40,344 nucleotides of DNA from a virus. Taxonomy: Duplodnaviria; Caudoviricetes. The DNA lies in IMG/VR virus record IMGVR_UViG_3300026534_000120, positions 1 through 40,344 of that record. The stretch is one strand, 5' to 3'. The notes beneath the pieces are model-generated. The model saw only the letters and a program-made list of their open reading frames with translations. It ran no database searches and had not been told where the DNA came from. Made by a program: the position numbers and the translations under genes. Positions 26,985-37,822 of this stretch are shown piece by piece; the stretch's first letter is position 1, and the number at the start of each line of letters is the position of its first letter.

Positions 26985-27679
26985 GCATGTGCGAACCGAG
27001 CCTGATCATGATGGGCGTCGGCATGGCGCTGCAGTACAAGGCGCAACAGGATGCCCAGGCGCGGGTGCGCCGGGCGCTGGGTCTGGCCGAGGATCGCAAC
27101 GACCGCTACAACCAGCAGGTGATCGACATTACCGACGAGAACGCGCAGCAGTACGACGCCAAACAGCGCCTCGAGGCGAGCGACCAGGCCGGCGAGGCGG
27201 CGACACGGTCTCTGACGGCGTATCTGCAACAGGCGCGCGATGCGGGCATGGGCGAGGTGAGCGCGGCCACGCAGGGGCGCACCAGCCAGGTCTTCGATGC
27301 GGAGCGCGCCAGGCGCACCGCGGCGCAGGCCGATTCCGCCGTGCGCCTGGCGCAGCTCATGGGCCGGGTGCGCGGGCCGATGGATCTGCGCACCGAGGAG
27401 GGCTTCGCCAACGCCGATGCCGCCAGCCGCCTGGGCCTGATCGGCCAGGAGCAACTGGCGATGGCCCGCGCCGGGCTGGCCGACGCGCGACTGGCCGGCA
27501 CGCCCGATCCGTTTCTGACAACGGTCGGCGGCGCCCTGCGTGGCTATGGCGCCGGCATGGCCGCATCGGGCGGCACGACCACAACAGCCACGGGCAAGCC
27601 GGTGGCGCAAAGCACCTATGGCCCGGTCTATTCCGGCAAGCGGGGTCCGTACATTCCACGTTCACTGTTCAAGGGGTGA
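26981..27679 (+). CDS. Internal virion (ejection) protein
   Basis: MCEP-type start, A/Q-rich helices, GGAGG RBS. Confidence 0.72.
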   Translation: MSMCEPSLIMMGVGMALQYKAQQDAQARVRRALGLAEDRNDRYNQQVIDITDENAQQYDAKQRLEASDQAGEAATRSLTAYLQQARDAGMGEVSAATQGRTSQVFDAERARRTAAQADSAVRLAQLMGRVRGPMDLRTEEGFANADAASRLGLIGQEQLAMARAGLADARLAGTPDPFLTTVGGALRGYGAGMAASGGTTTTATGKPVAQSTYGPVYSGKRGPYIPRSLFKG

Positions 27680-27682
27680 GTC

Positions 27683-28708
27683 ATGGCGCAACGAAACTAC
27701 GCTCCCATGGCGCGAGGCGCCTACGAGCTGGCCAGGGCCTTCGCCATGGCGCCGGCCGTCGAGCGGCGCGCCTCGCGCGCGGCGATGCAGGATGCGCTCG
27801 ACGGCGCGCTGGCGCAGGCGCGGATCGACAAGTACCGAACCGACGCAGAACTCGGGCGCCAGCGCCTGGCCGGGATGGAGGAAGGGCGCAACCGGTTCCT
27901 CGCCGGGGCCACCGGCCTGACGCAGCCCCAGCTCGACGAGCTGAACCGGGCCATGAACGAAGGCTGGCTGCGGCAGGCCGAGGGCCCGCCGACGCCGGCC
28001 GGCGAATACCCCGTGATGGACGGGCGGCCGGACTGGGCCACCCCGGAGGTGGAGGACCGCTTTCGCCAGGCGAATCTGGCCCTGGGCGCGAATCTGATCG
28101 GCACGGGCAAGACCAACGCGAATCAGCTCGTCGCGGCGCTTCAGGGCGCCCTGAATCTCGGCCTGCAGCGCAAGCTGCTGGACGGGAAGGCGCAACCGGA
28201 AGCCGTCGCCCGGGTCATGGGGGCCATGGCCGGGAAGCCGACGGTGGACGTGACCGGCAGCGGCATCGCTTTCGACCCCTACGGGAACAAGACCGATCTG
28301 AACGTGGAGCCGTTCATGGCCAAGGCGCAGGCCGCGGGCGGGGCCGGCGGAAGCGGCGCCGGTGGCGGGGCGCGTCTGCCGAACACGGCCCGGATGATCG
28401 AGTACTACCAGCGGCTCGGTTACCCGCAGGAGGAGGCCGTGCGCCTGGCGAACACCGCCAAGCGGCAACCGGTGAGCAATCTGCTGATGAACGCCTACAT
28501 GCAGGCCGCCGAGACGGTGAACATGATGCCGCCGCCCGAGGGGATCGAGATGGGCTCGCCTGAGTACCAGGCCTGGCGCGAGCGGATGATCGAGACGATC
28601 GCGCGGCGGGCCTACGAGTTTTCGCAGCGGTTCGGATCGCCGGAGGCCTCCGCCATGCCCGGCACCGGGCCGTCCGATCCGGCCGATCCGCTGGGGCTGC
28701 GCCGGTGA
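27683..28708 (+). CDS. Internal virion (ejection) protein
   Basis: A/G/Q-rich helical protein ending DPLGL; position. Confidence 0.65.
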   Translation: MAQRNYAPMARGAYELARAFAMAPAVERRASRAAMQDALDGALAQARIDKYRTDAELGRQRLAGMEEGRNRFLAGATGLTQPQLDELNRAMNEGWLRQAEGPPTPAGEYPVMDGRPDWATPEVEDRFRQANLALGANLIGTGKTNANQLVAALQGALNLGLQRKLLDGKAQPEAVARVMGAMAGKPTVDVTGSGIAFDPYGNKTDLNVEPFMAKAQAAGGAGGSGAGGGARLPNTARMIEYYQRLGYPQEEAVRLANTAKRQPVSNLLMNAYMQAAETVNMMPPPEGIEMGSPEYQAWRERMIETIARRAYEFSQRFGSPEASAMPGTGPSDPADPLGLRR

Positions 28709-31700
28709 GTCTCGAGGCCTTCCGCCAGCGCTATCCGCAGTACGGCGACATGAGCGACGAGCAGCTCGCCTCGGCGCTGTACGAGTAGTTCTACGCCGAC
28801 ATGCCCAAGGAGACGTTTCGCGCGCGTCTGGGGCTCGCCGCGGACGGGAAGACGCCGCCGGCCACCGAGCCGCCGGGCCGTGCGCTGGCCGAGGCGTTCG
28901 CCGCGGCGCTGCCGCCGGGGCTGAAGGTGCCGACGGCCTTGCCGGGAGCGCCTGCGCCGCTCGACCTGCCGCCGGTGACGGTGGCGCCCTCCGAGCTGGG
29001 GAACCGCGCCTATTACGGCAACCCGCGGGAAGGGCTGACGCCGGATCTGCCGCGGCTGCCGGCCTTCGCGCCGAAGGTGACGATCAAGGATTACGATACG
29101 TCCACCCCGGCGGGGTTGAGGGCGATGCAGGCGGACGAGACCGCCGGCGTGCCGGGGCCGGTGGCGAAGCCGATGCCGCCGGAGACGCCGGTCGATCTGG
29201 CGCTGAACCTGGCCACCCTGCAGGCCGGCAAGGGCGAGAAGACGCCGAAGGCGATGGCCCAGGCGGACGTGTACGCCATCGATCGGAACGCGGCGCGCGA
29301 GCGCGGCATGTCGCTGAAGGCCTGGCGCGAGGCCACCGGGCCGCGCACAGGCCCGCTGGCGCGGGCCGGCAAGGATGTGGCCGCCGGGGCGCTGGCCACT
29401 TGGCAGGGCATGACCGGCTACCTGGCGCGCCTGGCCGGCGGCGATCCGCGCCTGCGTTCGCTGCAGGCCGACATGGGCGCGAAGGTGGCGGATCTGATGC
29501 CGGCCGATCCCAATTTCTTCGACGATCTGGCGGCGGGCTTCGGCTCCACCGCGGCCTTCTTCGTGCCCGGCGTCGGCATCGTGCGCGGCGCGCAGGCCTT
29601 CGCGCAGACGGCGCCGCGCATGGCCCTGTGGCTCGGCGCCGGGGCGGCCGGCGGCATGGAGGCGGCGGCCGAGGCCGGCGGGGTTTACGAGCGGCTGCTG
29701 GCCGAGGGCAAAAGCCCGGAGGAGGCGGCCGCCATGGCCGACAGGGTGTTCTGGGCCAACACCGCGCTGGTGACGCTCACGGACCGCTACGGCCTGTTCG
29801 CGGAGAAGGGCGGCCAGGTCCTGCGCCGCGCGCTCGGCGCGGTGAACGAGGGCATGCTGCAGGAAGGGCCGCAGCAGATCGTCTCCAACCTGGCCACCGG
29901 TCGCCCGTGGTACGAGGGCGTGCCCCGCTCGGTGGCCATCGGCGGCATCGTCGGCGGCGGCCTGGCCGGCTCGGTGCGCTCGCCGCAGGCGCGGCTCGGC
30001 GCGGCGCTTGACCAGGCGGTGGACGAGCGGCAATTGCCGGACGCCGAGGCCATGGCCCGGCAGGCCCTGATGCCGGAGCGGGCCGCCGCCGTGACGGCGG
30101 GGCGTCCCGGCGTGGCCGGCCAGGCCCGGTCGCCGGGCGTCGAACCGGGCGGCGCTTCCCGGGAAACGCCGCTTCCCGCCACTGCGCCGGCGGCGCCGCT
30201 TTTCTCTCGCGAATCGCCGCCGAACGGCTATACTGCGGTACATGGACGAGACGAAACCCAACAGGATCGTGACCCTGCAGCCGCGCCCGGAAGATTGGGA
30301 ACGGGTGCGCCGGGAAGTGTGCTCCCGAATGCAGCCGGCCGTGCCGGGCACGCCGGTGACGGACGAGGAGGCCATGACTCTGCCGCAGCCCAAAATGATG
30401 ACGGAAGAGGAGTTCCGGCGGCTGAAGGCGAAATTCAGGTCGATGATCTAGACGCCCAGGCCTTCGTCGCCGGCCTCACCCCGCAGGAACTGCAAAACCC
30501 CAACATCGTCGCCTACGCCAGGCAGGAGTGGCGAGCCCGAGGCTGGGACTCGCCCTTCTTCCGCAAGTGGTTCGGCGATGGCTATTTCCGCCAGCCCGAC
30601 GGCGAGCCGCAGATCATGTATCACGGCACGCCGGCGGTGTTCGAGGCCTTCGACAAGGCGAAGATCGGGGCGAGCGGCCACGCCGCCTCCGGCCTCGGCT
30701 TCTTCCTCACCACCAACCGCGACCAGGCCGATCACTACCGCGACGGCGGCCAGGTGATGGAACTGGTCACCAACATCCGCAATCCCTACCGCATGAGCCT
30801 CGCCGAGTTCGCCGGCTTCGAGTCGGTCGAACAGGCCCGGGCGCGGGCCGCCGAGCTGCAGGCGCAGGGTTACGACGGAATCTATGTCGAGACGCCGAAG
30901 GTGCCGGGCGAGCGGCCACAGACCTACGTGATCGCCTTCGAGCCGACGCAGATCAAGAGCGTGGACAATCGCGACACCTTCGACGCGGCGGCCGACAACA
31001 TCTATCTCTCCCGCCAGCGGCCTCCCGGGCGGCAGACGGCCGCCGCGCAGCAGCAAAGCCCCGCGCAAGCGGGGCTTTCCGTCTCCGCGGTCGAGAAAAT
31101 CATCGCCGGCGTGATCCTGAAGTGGGGCGGCAACGCGCCGCGGGTGCAGGTGGTCGCCAGCATGGCGGATCTGCCGGCGCACGTGCAGGCCCAGGCCGAT
31201 GCCCAGGAGGGCATCGGCACCGTGCAGGGCGTGCACGATCCGGAAACGAACGCCATCTACCTGGTGGCGTCGGGCCTGCGGGATCGCACGGCGGTCCTGC
31301 GCACCCTGGCTCACGAAGCCGTGGGCCATTACGGCCTCGAGGCGATCCTCGGCCGCCGTCTCGACAGCGTGCTCGAACGGGTCCAGTGGCTGCGCAAGCA
31401 GGGCGATCCTGTCATCGTGCGCCTCGCCGCGGCGGTGGACGCCGCCTACGGCGAGCTGTCTCCCCATACGCAGGCGCGCGAAATCATCGCCCGCCTGGCG
31501 GAAGAGGGCGTGCGCCATCCGCTGCTGGTGCGCCTGCTCGATGCGCTGCGCGCCTTCCTGCGCAAGCTGGGCTTTTCGATCCGCTTCTCGGTCGCCGATC
31601 TGCGCGCCATGCTCGTGAAGGCCGCCCGCCATCTCGAGTCGGACCGGCCGTCGGCCGCCCAGCGGACGCGGATCGATGAGCGGATGTTTTCGCGCGGAAC

Positions 31701-34700
31701 CCGCTTCAGCGAGGTGCCGGTGCCGCCGCGCACGGCGCGCTGGATGGGCTTCGAGGGACCGATCCGCCTGTTCGCGGACTTCGCCGCCCTGCAGCGGCGT
31801 CACGCGGAATACTACCGCTCGGCGGACGAGGTGAGAAAGGATGTCGAATACGTGCTGGCGAGCCCCGACGACTGGTTCCCGCATGCGGACGGGCGGATCA
31901 CGATCTTCCGGCAGGGCGCAGGCGGGGTGCCTTCGCTGAGGATCGACTTCCGGTTCGAGCGAAAGGGCATGGGCGGTTACCGGATCGTGTCCGTCTATCC
32001 GATGACGCGCCGGTCGATCGCCGGGAAGATGAAAAAGAAGAGTGGGGACCTGGGCCGGGACGGACGCATCTCAGAGCGTATCGTGAGCAGCATGAAACCC
32101 GGATACCTCTCCATTGCCGAGTACCTCGGCGAGGCACAGGGAAACGGGTCTTCGGCTCCTGCCTCCCCCTCCGGGGAAGCTCACCAGGCCCCGGCGGAAA
32201 ATATAGCCGCCGATCCGGCGGGGCGCAACGGTGAAGGGGTTTCCCGGGAAACGGCGGAAGCGAATCGCCGCGATGTGCAGGTGCCGGTGAAGGATAGTTC
32301 CGTGCCTGAAAAAAACAAGGCGCGCGAGACGGGCAAGGGCGGGAACGGACCGTCGTTCTCGCGCGCCGAGCCGGAAATGCTCGACGCGCTCGAGACCGCC
32401 GCGCAGGAAACGCTGCGCGATCGCGCCGGCGTGGCCCTGGATCGGCTCAAGGCCGAGTCCTACGGGCTGCTCACCCGCCAGATGCTGGCCGACGTGGGCA
32501 AGGGGGTGCTGCCGCAGATCGGAACATACGTGAAGATCGCTTCGCAGATGGATGCGGATCGCAACGCCCTGCTCAATGAGGCCGGCGAGCTGGCCAACCG
32601 CTGGGTGGCCTTCCTCTCGCAGGACCGCGAGGCGGCCAATCGTCTGGCCGGCCTGATGCACGAGGCCACCGTGGCCGGGGTGGATCCGAGCGAGGACTAT
32701 GCGCCGGTGATCGACATCGCCGAGGGCCGCAGGAAGGTGGCCATCCTCAAGCAGAAGGCGCGGGGCCGCGGCGGCGAGGGCACGGCGAAGTTCCTGCAGG
32801 AAATCGAGGAAACCCTGGCCACCATGCGTTTCGAGGAAGGCCGGCGCGAGGCCTGGCCGGCGCTGCGCCGCCGCTACGAGGCGCTGCCCGCCGAGGCCAA
32901 GGCCCTGTTCGCGGCCGTGCGCGACATGTACCGCCAGCGCTTCGAGGCCACTCAGCAGGCCCTGCAGGAGCGGATCGACCGGGCCGAGCTGTCGGCCAGC
33001 GAGCAGCGGGCGCTGAAGGCGAAGCTGCGCCAGCATTTCGAGAAGGTCACCGTCCAGGGGCCCTACTTCCCGCTGGCCCGCTTCGGCGAGTTCTGGGTGA
33101 GCGCGAAGAAGGGCGAGGGCGAGGGCGCCGAGACGCGCTTCTACATGTTCGAGGGCAGCGATCAGCAGCGCCGCCAGGCCGCCGCGCTGCGCCGGGCCGG
33201 CTACAAGGTCACCGTCGGAAAGAAGCTCGAGAACGCCCCGGCCCTGCAGGGCGCCAGCGCGGGCTTCGTGGCGGACGTGGTCGACATCATCGAAAAGACC
33301 GGCGGCAGCGGCACCATCGCGGAGAAGGTCAAGGACGAGATCTACCAGCTCTACCTCTCCACGTTGCCGGATCTGTCGCTGCGCAAGCGCTTCATCCATC
33401 GCAAGAAAACGAAAGGCTACAGCCAGGACGCGCTGCGGGCCTTCGCCCGCGACATGTTCCACGGCGCCCATCAGCTCGCCAGGCTGCGCCATGCCGACAA
33501 GCTCGAGACGCTGCTCGAAAACATGCGCGAGTCGGTGCCGGCGTCGTCCGATCCGAACAAGGCGGCCGACATCTTCAACGAGCTGCAGAAGCGCCACCAA
33601 TGGTTGATGAACCCGCAGAGCCACTGGCTGGCCCAGTTCCTCACCAGCGCCGGGTTCGTCTTCTATCTCGGCCTCACTCCGGCCGCGGCGCTGGTCAACA
33701 CGTTGCAGACGCCGCTGGTGGCGTTTCCGGTGCTGGGCGCCGAGTTCGGCATGGGCAAGGCCTTCCGGGCGCTGGAGAAGGCCGGCCGGGACTATTTCGC
33801 CGGCGGCATGGACATCGAGGCCGCCCTGAGCGACGAGGAGCGTCGCGCCTACCAGGTGCTGGTGGACGCGGGGGTCATCGAAAAGACCCTGGCGCACGAC
33901 CTCGCCGGTCTGTCCGAAACGCCGTCGTCCATCTATTCCACGCGCGCGGCGAAGGCCATGCAGGTGGTGACCTTCCTGTTCCATCGCGCCGAAGTCTTCA
34001 ACCGCCAGGTGACGGCCATGGCGGCCTACCGGCTGGCCAGGGCAAGCGGTCTGGGCGTGGAGGCGGCCGTCGACAAGGCCCGCGAGCTGACCCTGGAGAG
34101 CCACTTCGAGTACAGCAACGCCAACCGCGCCCGTTTCATGCAGAGCAACGGCGCCAAGGTGCTGCTGCTGTTCAAGCAGTACAGCCTCAACATGGCCTGG
34201 CTGCTGGGTCGCAACCTGCAGCTCGCCACCGCCCCGGCCCGCGCCGGGGCCCGCAACGCGCTGGCCCGGGCAACCGGCATCGAGGCGCTGCGCAAGCAGG
34301 TGGACGTGGACGTCGAAACCGCCCGCCTGGCCCGGCGCAAGCTGGCCGGGATCCTGTTCATGACGGCGCTGGCCGGCGGGATGAACGCCATGCCGTTGCT
34401 GTGGCTGGTCGAGCTGGTGCTCGAAGCGCTGTTCGACGACGAGGACGACCCCTGGTCGTTCGAAACCGAGGTGCGCAACTTCCTCTACGATCATCTCGGC
34501 GCCAGGGCGGCCGACGCCGTGTACCGCGGCCCGGTCGAGGCGTTGACCGGCGTCGGGATCAGCGATCGGATCAGCCTGAACGAGCTGTTCTTCCGCAGCC
34601 CGGATCGGGATCTCGAGGGCAAGGCCGCCGCCGACTACTGGCTGGAACAGCTCGCCGGCCCGGTCGCGGCCATCGGCGTCAACACCTGGCGCGGCACGCA

Positions 34701-35190
34701 ACTGGTGCGCGAGGGGCATCTGTACCGCGGCATCGAGGCGATGATGCCCAAGGTCGCGAAAGACGCCATGAAGGCCTGGCGCTACGCGAGCGAGGGCCTG
34801 CAGAACCTGCGCGGCGACGTGCTGATCGGCGAGCTCTCGCCCTACGAGATCGGCCTGCAGGCCAGCGGCTTCACGCCCGGCCGGGTGGCGAAGCGCTACG
34901 ACGCCAACCGCGCCTTTTACAACTACGACGACCGGATCGCGAAACGCCGGGCCCGCCTCGTCAACCGCTGGGCGATGGCCATGATGACCGGAGACGGCGA
35001 CGGGATCCGCGAAGCCCTGGCCGCCATCCAGCGCTTCAACGGCAAGAACCCGTCGTTCCGGATCGGCCAGGAACATCTGAAAGGCTCCCTGAAGCGGCGC
35101 CTGCAGTATTCCACGCGCAACCGGGGCGGCGTCTACGTGACGAAACGCAACCTCGGCACGCTGAACCGGATCCGGTTCGCCAACGAATAG
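28705..35190 (+). CDS. Giant polyvalent ejection protein (ART-like, zincin HExxH, RelE/barnase-like, PLxRFG domains); in-frame TAG at 28786-28788, intact ORF from 28801
   Basis: FRKWFG...MYHGT...GFFLT...GYDGI...AFEPTQIKS; LAHEAVGHYG; YFPLARFG; GTGA-coupled start at 28705 in the same frame. Confidence 0.85.
30242..30451 (+). CDS. Overprinted 69-aa ORF in the +1 frame of the giant gene
   Basis: Mostly G/C third positions in this frame; TATACT 7 nt upstream of the ATG. Confidence 0.6.
   Translation: MDETKPNRIVTLQPRPEDWERVRREVCSRMQPAVPGTPVTDEEAMTLPQPKMMTEEEFRRLKAKFRSMI
31055..31078. terminator. Intragenic terminator-like hairpin (possibly bidirectional)
   Basis: AAAGCCCCGC-GCAA-GCGGGGCTTT. Confidence 0.65.
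32200..32228 (-). promoter_or_regulatory. Antisense sigma70-like promoter within the giant gene
   Basis: TTGCGC-17-TATATT on the minus strand. Confidence 0.5.
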
Positions 35191-35198
35191 GAGGACAC

Positions 35199-37253
35199 AT
35201 GGCCCAGCCCACACCCTACGATCCGACCACCGACTTCAGCCAGGAGGAAGCCAACGCCGTCGCCGGGCGCAGCACCGTGCGCACCGCCGCACTCGACGCC
35301 GAGCTGTCGGCCATCGCGCTCACCCTGAGCCAGGTGCTCGCCAACCTGGCGCTCCTGCAGCGCGACGACACGAAAGTCGCCAACGAGATCATTCACCCCG
35401 ATTCGCTGGATCCCAACACCAAGGCGTTGATGACGGGGAAGTGGAATCCGCGCGGCGCCTGGTCGTCGGGGACCGAATACGTCAATGCGGATCTGGTCAC
35501 CATGAACGGCGATAGCTGGGTCTGCGCGGTCGCGCACGTGGCCGCCGCCAGCTTCGCGGCGGACGAGGCGGCCGGTCGCTGGGTGCGGGTGGCCGGCGTC
35601 TCCCATGACGAACTCGGTTCCACGCTCACCGGCGCGGGTGCCTCGCTCGTGGCCATCGAGGACGCCGGCAACCTGTTCGCGGCCGGCGACGTGGAGGCGG
35701 CTCTTGCCGAGATCCTGAGCCGCCTGGCCGCCACCACGACAGGCGATGGCGCCAGCATGGTGGCCATCGAAGATGCCGGCAATCTGTTCACGGCCACGGA
35801 TGTGGAGGCGGCCCTGGCCGAGATCCTCACGCGGCTCGCCTCGGTCTCGGCAGGCGATGGCGCCAGTCTGGTCGGCGTCGAAGATGCCATGGGCTATTTC
35901 ACGGGTGCCAACGTGGAAGAACTGCTGGCCGAGATCGGCGCGCAGCTCGTTCCGGCGTCGACCACGGCCCAGGGCTTCGTGGAGCTGGCGACGGTCGATG
36001 AAGCCGCCGCCGGCACCGATGCCTCGCGGGCGGTGACGGCAGAGGCGCTGGCCGGCGCGTTGTCGATGGATGCGCTGCTCAAGTCGATGGGATTCAACCG
36101 TGAAACGAAGATCCTCGGCCTGGCCCTGTCCAGCGTCAATTTCGGCAAAGCCGTGGCCATCAGCGCCGATGGCATCACGCTGATTCTGGCGCGGAATCAG
36201 CGGATCTACGAATATCGCAAGAGCGGCGGCGGCTGGGCGCAGCAGGCCGAATTCTATGCCACCGATGCGAATATCGGCTATGTGAGCGATGTGGCCGTCA
36301 GCGCGGACGGCAACACCGTGGTCGTCGGCTATTACACCGCGAACGATGGCTCGAACATGGGCGTCGCCTATGTGTTCGTGCGCTCGGGCGGCGGCTGGTC
36401 CCAGCAGGCGAAGTTGTCGGCCAGCGACGGTCTCGGTGCCTATTTCGGAGAACGAGTCGCGATTTCCGCCGATGGCGACACGGTCGCTTGCGGATCGAGA
36501 TTGACCGACTATTCGACGACGACCGATACGGGTGCCGTCTATGTCTACTCGCGTACCGGAACCACATGGACTGAGCAGGCCATCCTGAAAGATTCGTTTC
36601 TGTCAGCCTATGACTACTTCGGTAGCGATGTCGCCCTCTCGGCAGACGGGAACGTGCTCGCAGTCGGGGTGCCGGGCAGAGCCTATACCACGAACGCCGA
36701 TCAGGGACAGGTCTGGGTGTACGAGCGCAGCGGCACGGCATGGTCCGGGCCGACGTATGTCACCGCGAGCGACGGCGCGGCCGGAGACCAGCTCGGTTCC
36801 TCGGTGACCCTCTCGGCCGATGGCCAGACGCTGGCGGCCGGGGCGCCCTATGCCGATCCCAGCGAAACGGATCGCGGGGCGGTCTACGTTTTCACCCGGA
36901 ATCAATCGGGCTGGTATCAGCGGCAGAAGCTGACCTCATATCCTGGCGATCTGTATTTCGGCAAGCGCGTCGCCCTGTCCGCCGATGGCCGGCATCTCGT
37001 GTCGACCAGCAGCGGAGCACCGGTCAACGGTGTCAGCGGCGTGGGCAAGGTCTACTGGCACCGTCTACAGTATGGGTCGTGGACGGAAAAACGGAAGTTC
37101 GCGGCCGCCGATGCGGCTACGGGGGACGCCGGCTACGGCGACAAGCTCGCGATCACGCCCGCAGGGCACATCGTCGTCATCGGCGCGCCCGGGTTCGACG
37201 AAACGTACGGGGATCAGGGCGCGGTCTATGTTCATGAAAAAACGGTATTTTGA
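35199..37253 (+). CDS. Tail fibre/spike with three 37-aa repeats and an FG-GAP beta-propeller tip
   Basis: AGGAGG RBS; GAS.V.IEDAGN.F...DVEAALAEI three times; repeated FG..VA.SADG..L.VGAP and GAVYVF. Confidence 0.85.
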   Translation: MAQPTPYDPTTDFSQEEANAVAGRSTVRTAALDAELSAIALTLSQVLANLALLQRDDTKVANEIIHPDSLDPNTKALMTGKWNPRGAWSSGTEYVNADLVTMNGDSWVCAVAHVAAASFAADEAAGRWVRVAGVSHDELGSTLTGAGASLVAIEDAGNLFAAGDVEAALAEILSRLAATTTGDGASMVAIEDAGNLFTATDVEAALAEILTRLASVSAGDGASLVGVEDAMGYFTGANVEELLAEIGAQLVPASTTAQGFVELATVDEAAAGTDASRAVTAEALAGALSMDALLKSMGFNRETKILGLALSSVNFGKAVAISADGITLILARNQRIYEYRKSGGGWAQQAEFYATDANIGYVSDVAVSADGNTVVVGYYTANDGSNMGVAYVFVRSGGGWSQQAKLSASDGLGAYFGERVAISADGDTVACGSRLTDYSTTTDTGAVYVYSRTGTTWTEQAILKDSFLSAYDYFGSDVALSADGNVLAVGVPGRAYTTNADQGQVWVYERSGTAWSGPTYVTASDGAAGDQLGSSVTLSADGQTLAAGAPYADPSETDRGAVYVFTRNQSGWYQRQKLTSYPGDLYFGKRVALSADGRHLVSTSSGAPVNGVSGVGKVYWHRLQYGSWTEKRKFAAADAATGDAGYGDKLAITPAGHIVVIGAPGFDETYGDQGAVYVHEKTVF
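35637..35940 (+). repeat. Three tandem 111-bp coding repeats
   Basis: Units start at 35637, 35748 and 35859. Confidence 0.8.
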
Positions 37254-37255
37254 TT

Positions 37256-37801
37256 ATGAGTCGATTCAATTTGGCGATTGATACCGTCCTCGAACACGAG
37301 GGCGGCTACGTGAACGATCCGGACGATCCCGGGGGCGCCACCAATTTCGGCATCAGCCTGCGCTATCTTCGCAAGGCCGGCGAGCTGGACGGAGAACTGA
37401 TCGGCGACATCGACGCCGATGGCGACGTGGACATCGACGACATCCGCGCCATGTCGCGCGAGGATGCCGAACACATCTACAAGGTGATGTGGTGGGACCG
37501 TCATCGCTATGCCCGCATCCGGGACCAGGCACTGGCGACGAAGGTCTTCGACCTGGCCGTGAACATGGGCGCGCGCCAGGCGCACCGCCTGCTGCAGCGG
37601 GCCTGCCGCGCCGCCGGCCGGCCGCTCGTCGAAGACGGCATCATCGGCCGCAACACGCTGGCGGCTGTCAACGGCCTCGATGCCGAGGTCCTGCTCGCCG
37701 CCCTGCGCAGCGAGGCCGCGGGATTTTATCGCGTCCTCATCGCCAGGGATCCCGTGCGCAAGAAATGGGAAACCGGCTGGTTGCGCCGGGCCTATTCGTA
37801 A
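37256..37801 (+). CDS. Endolysin, glycosyl hydrolase family 108 with peptidoglycan-binding domain
   Basis: HEGGYVNDPDDPGGATNFGI; FDLAVNMG; DGIIGRNTL; GWLRR. Confidence 0.93.
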   Translation: MSRFNLAIDTVLEHEGGYVNDPDDPGGATNFGISLRYLRKAGELDGELIGDIDADGDVDIDDIRAMSREDAEHIYKVMWWDRHRYARIRDQALATKVFDLAVNMGARQAHRLLQRACRAAGRPLVEDGIIGRNTLAAVNGLDAEVLLAALRSEAAGFYRVLIARDPVRKKWETGWLRRAYS

Positions 37802-37822
37802 ACGAGTAACGAGGAACGACGC

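Noticed and set aside
28786-28788. Genome-wide amber (TAG) reassignment
   Set aside because: TAG is the normal stop for the toxin, terS, 19624-20136 and the giant gene itself
33600-35198. N-terminal extension making the tail fibre 1217 aa
   Set aside because: R/G/P-rich shadow of the giant gene; a strong AGGAGG RBS supports the start at 35199
14668-35214. Very long minus-strand ORFs (for example 14668-16821, 20143-23190, 23743-25743, 32071-35214)
   Set aside because: Typical stop-poor antisense shadows of high-GC3 genes; no domains recognised
35199-37253. Diversity-generating retroelement or CRISPR-like array in the tail fibre repeats
   Set aside because: No reverse transcriptase or adenine-specific TR/VR pair seen; the repeats are in-frame protein repeats without spacers
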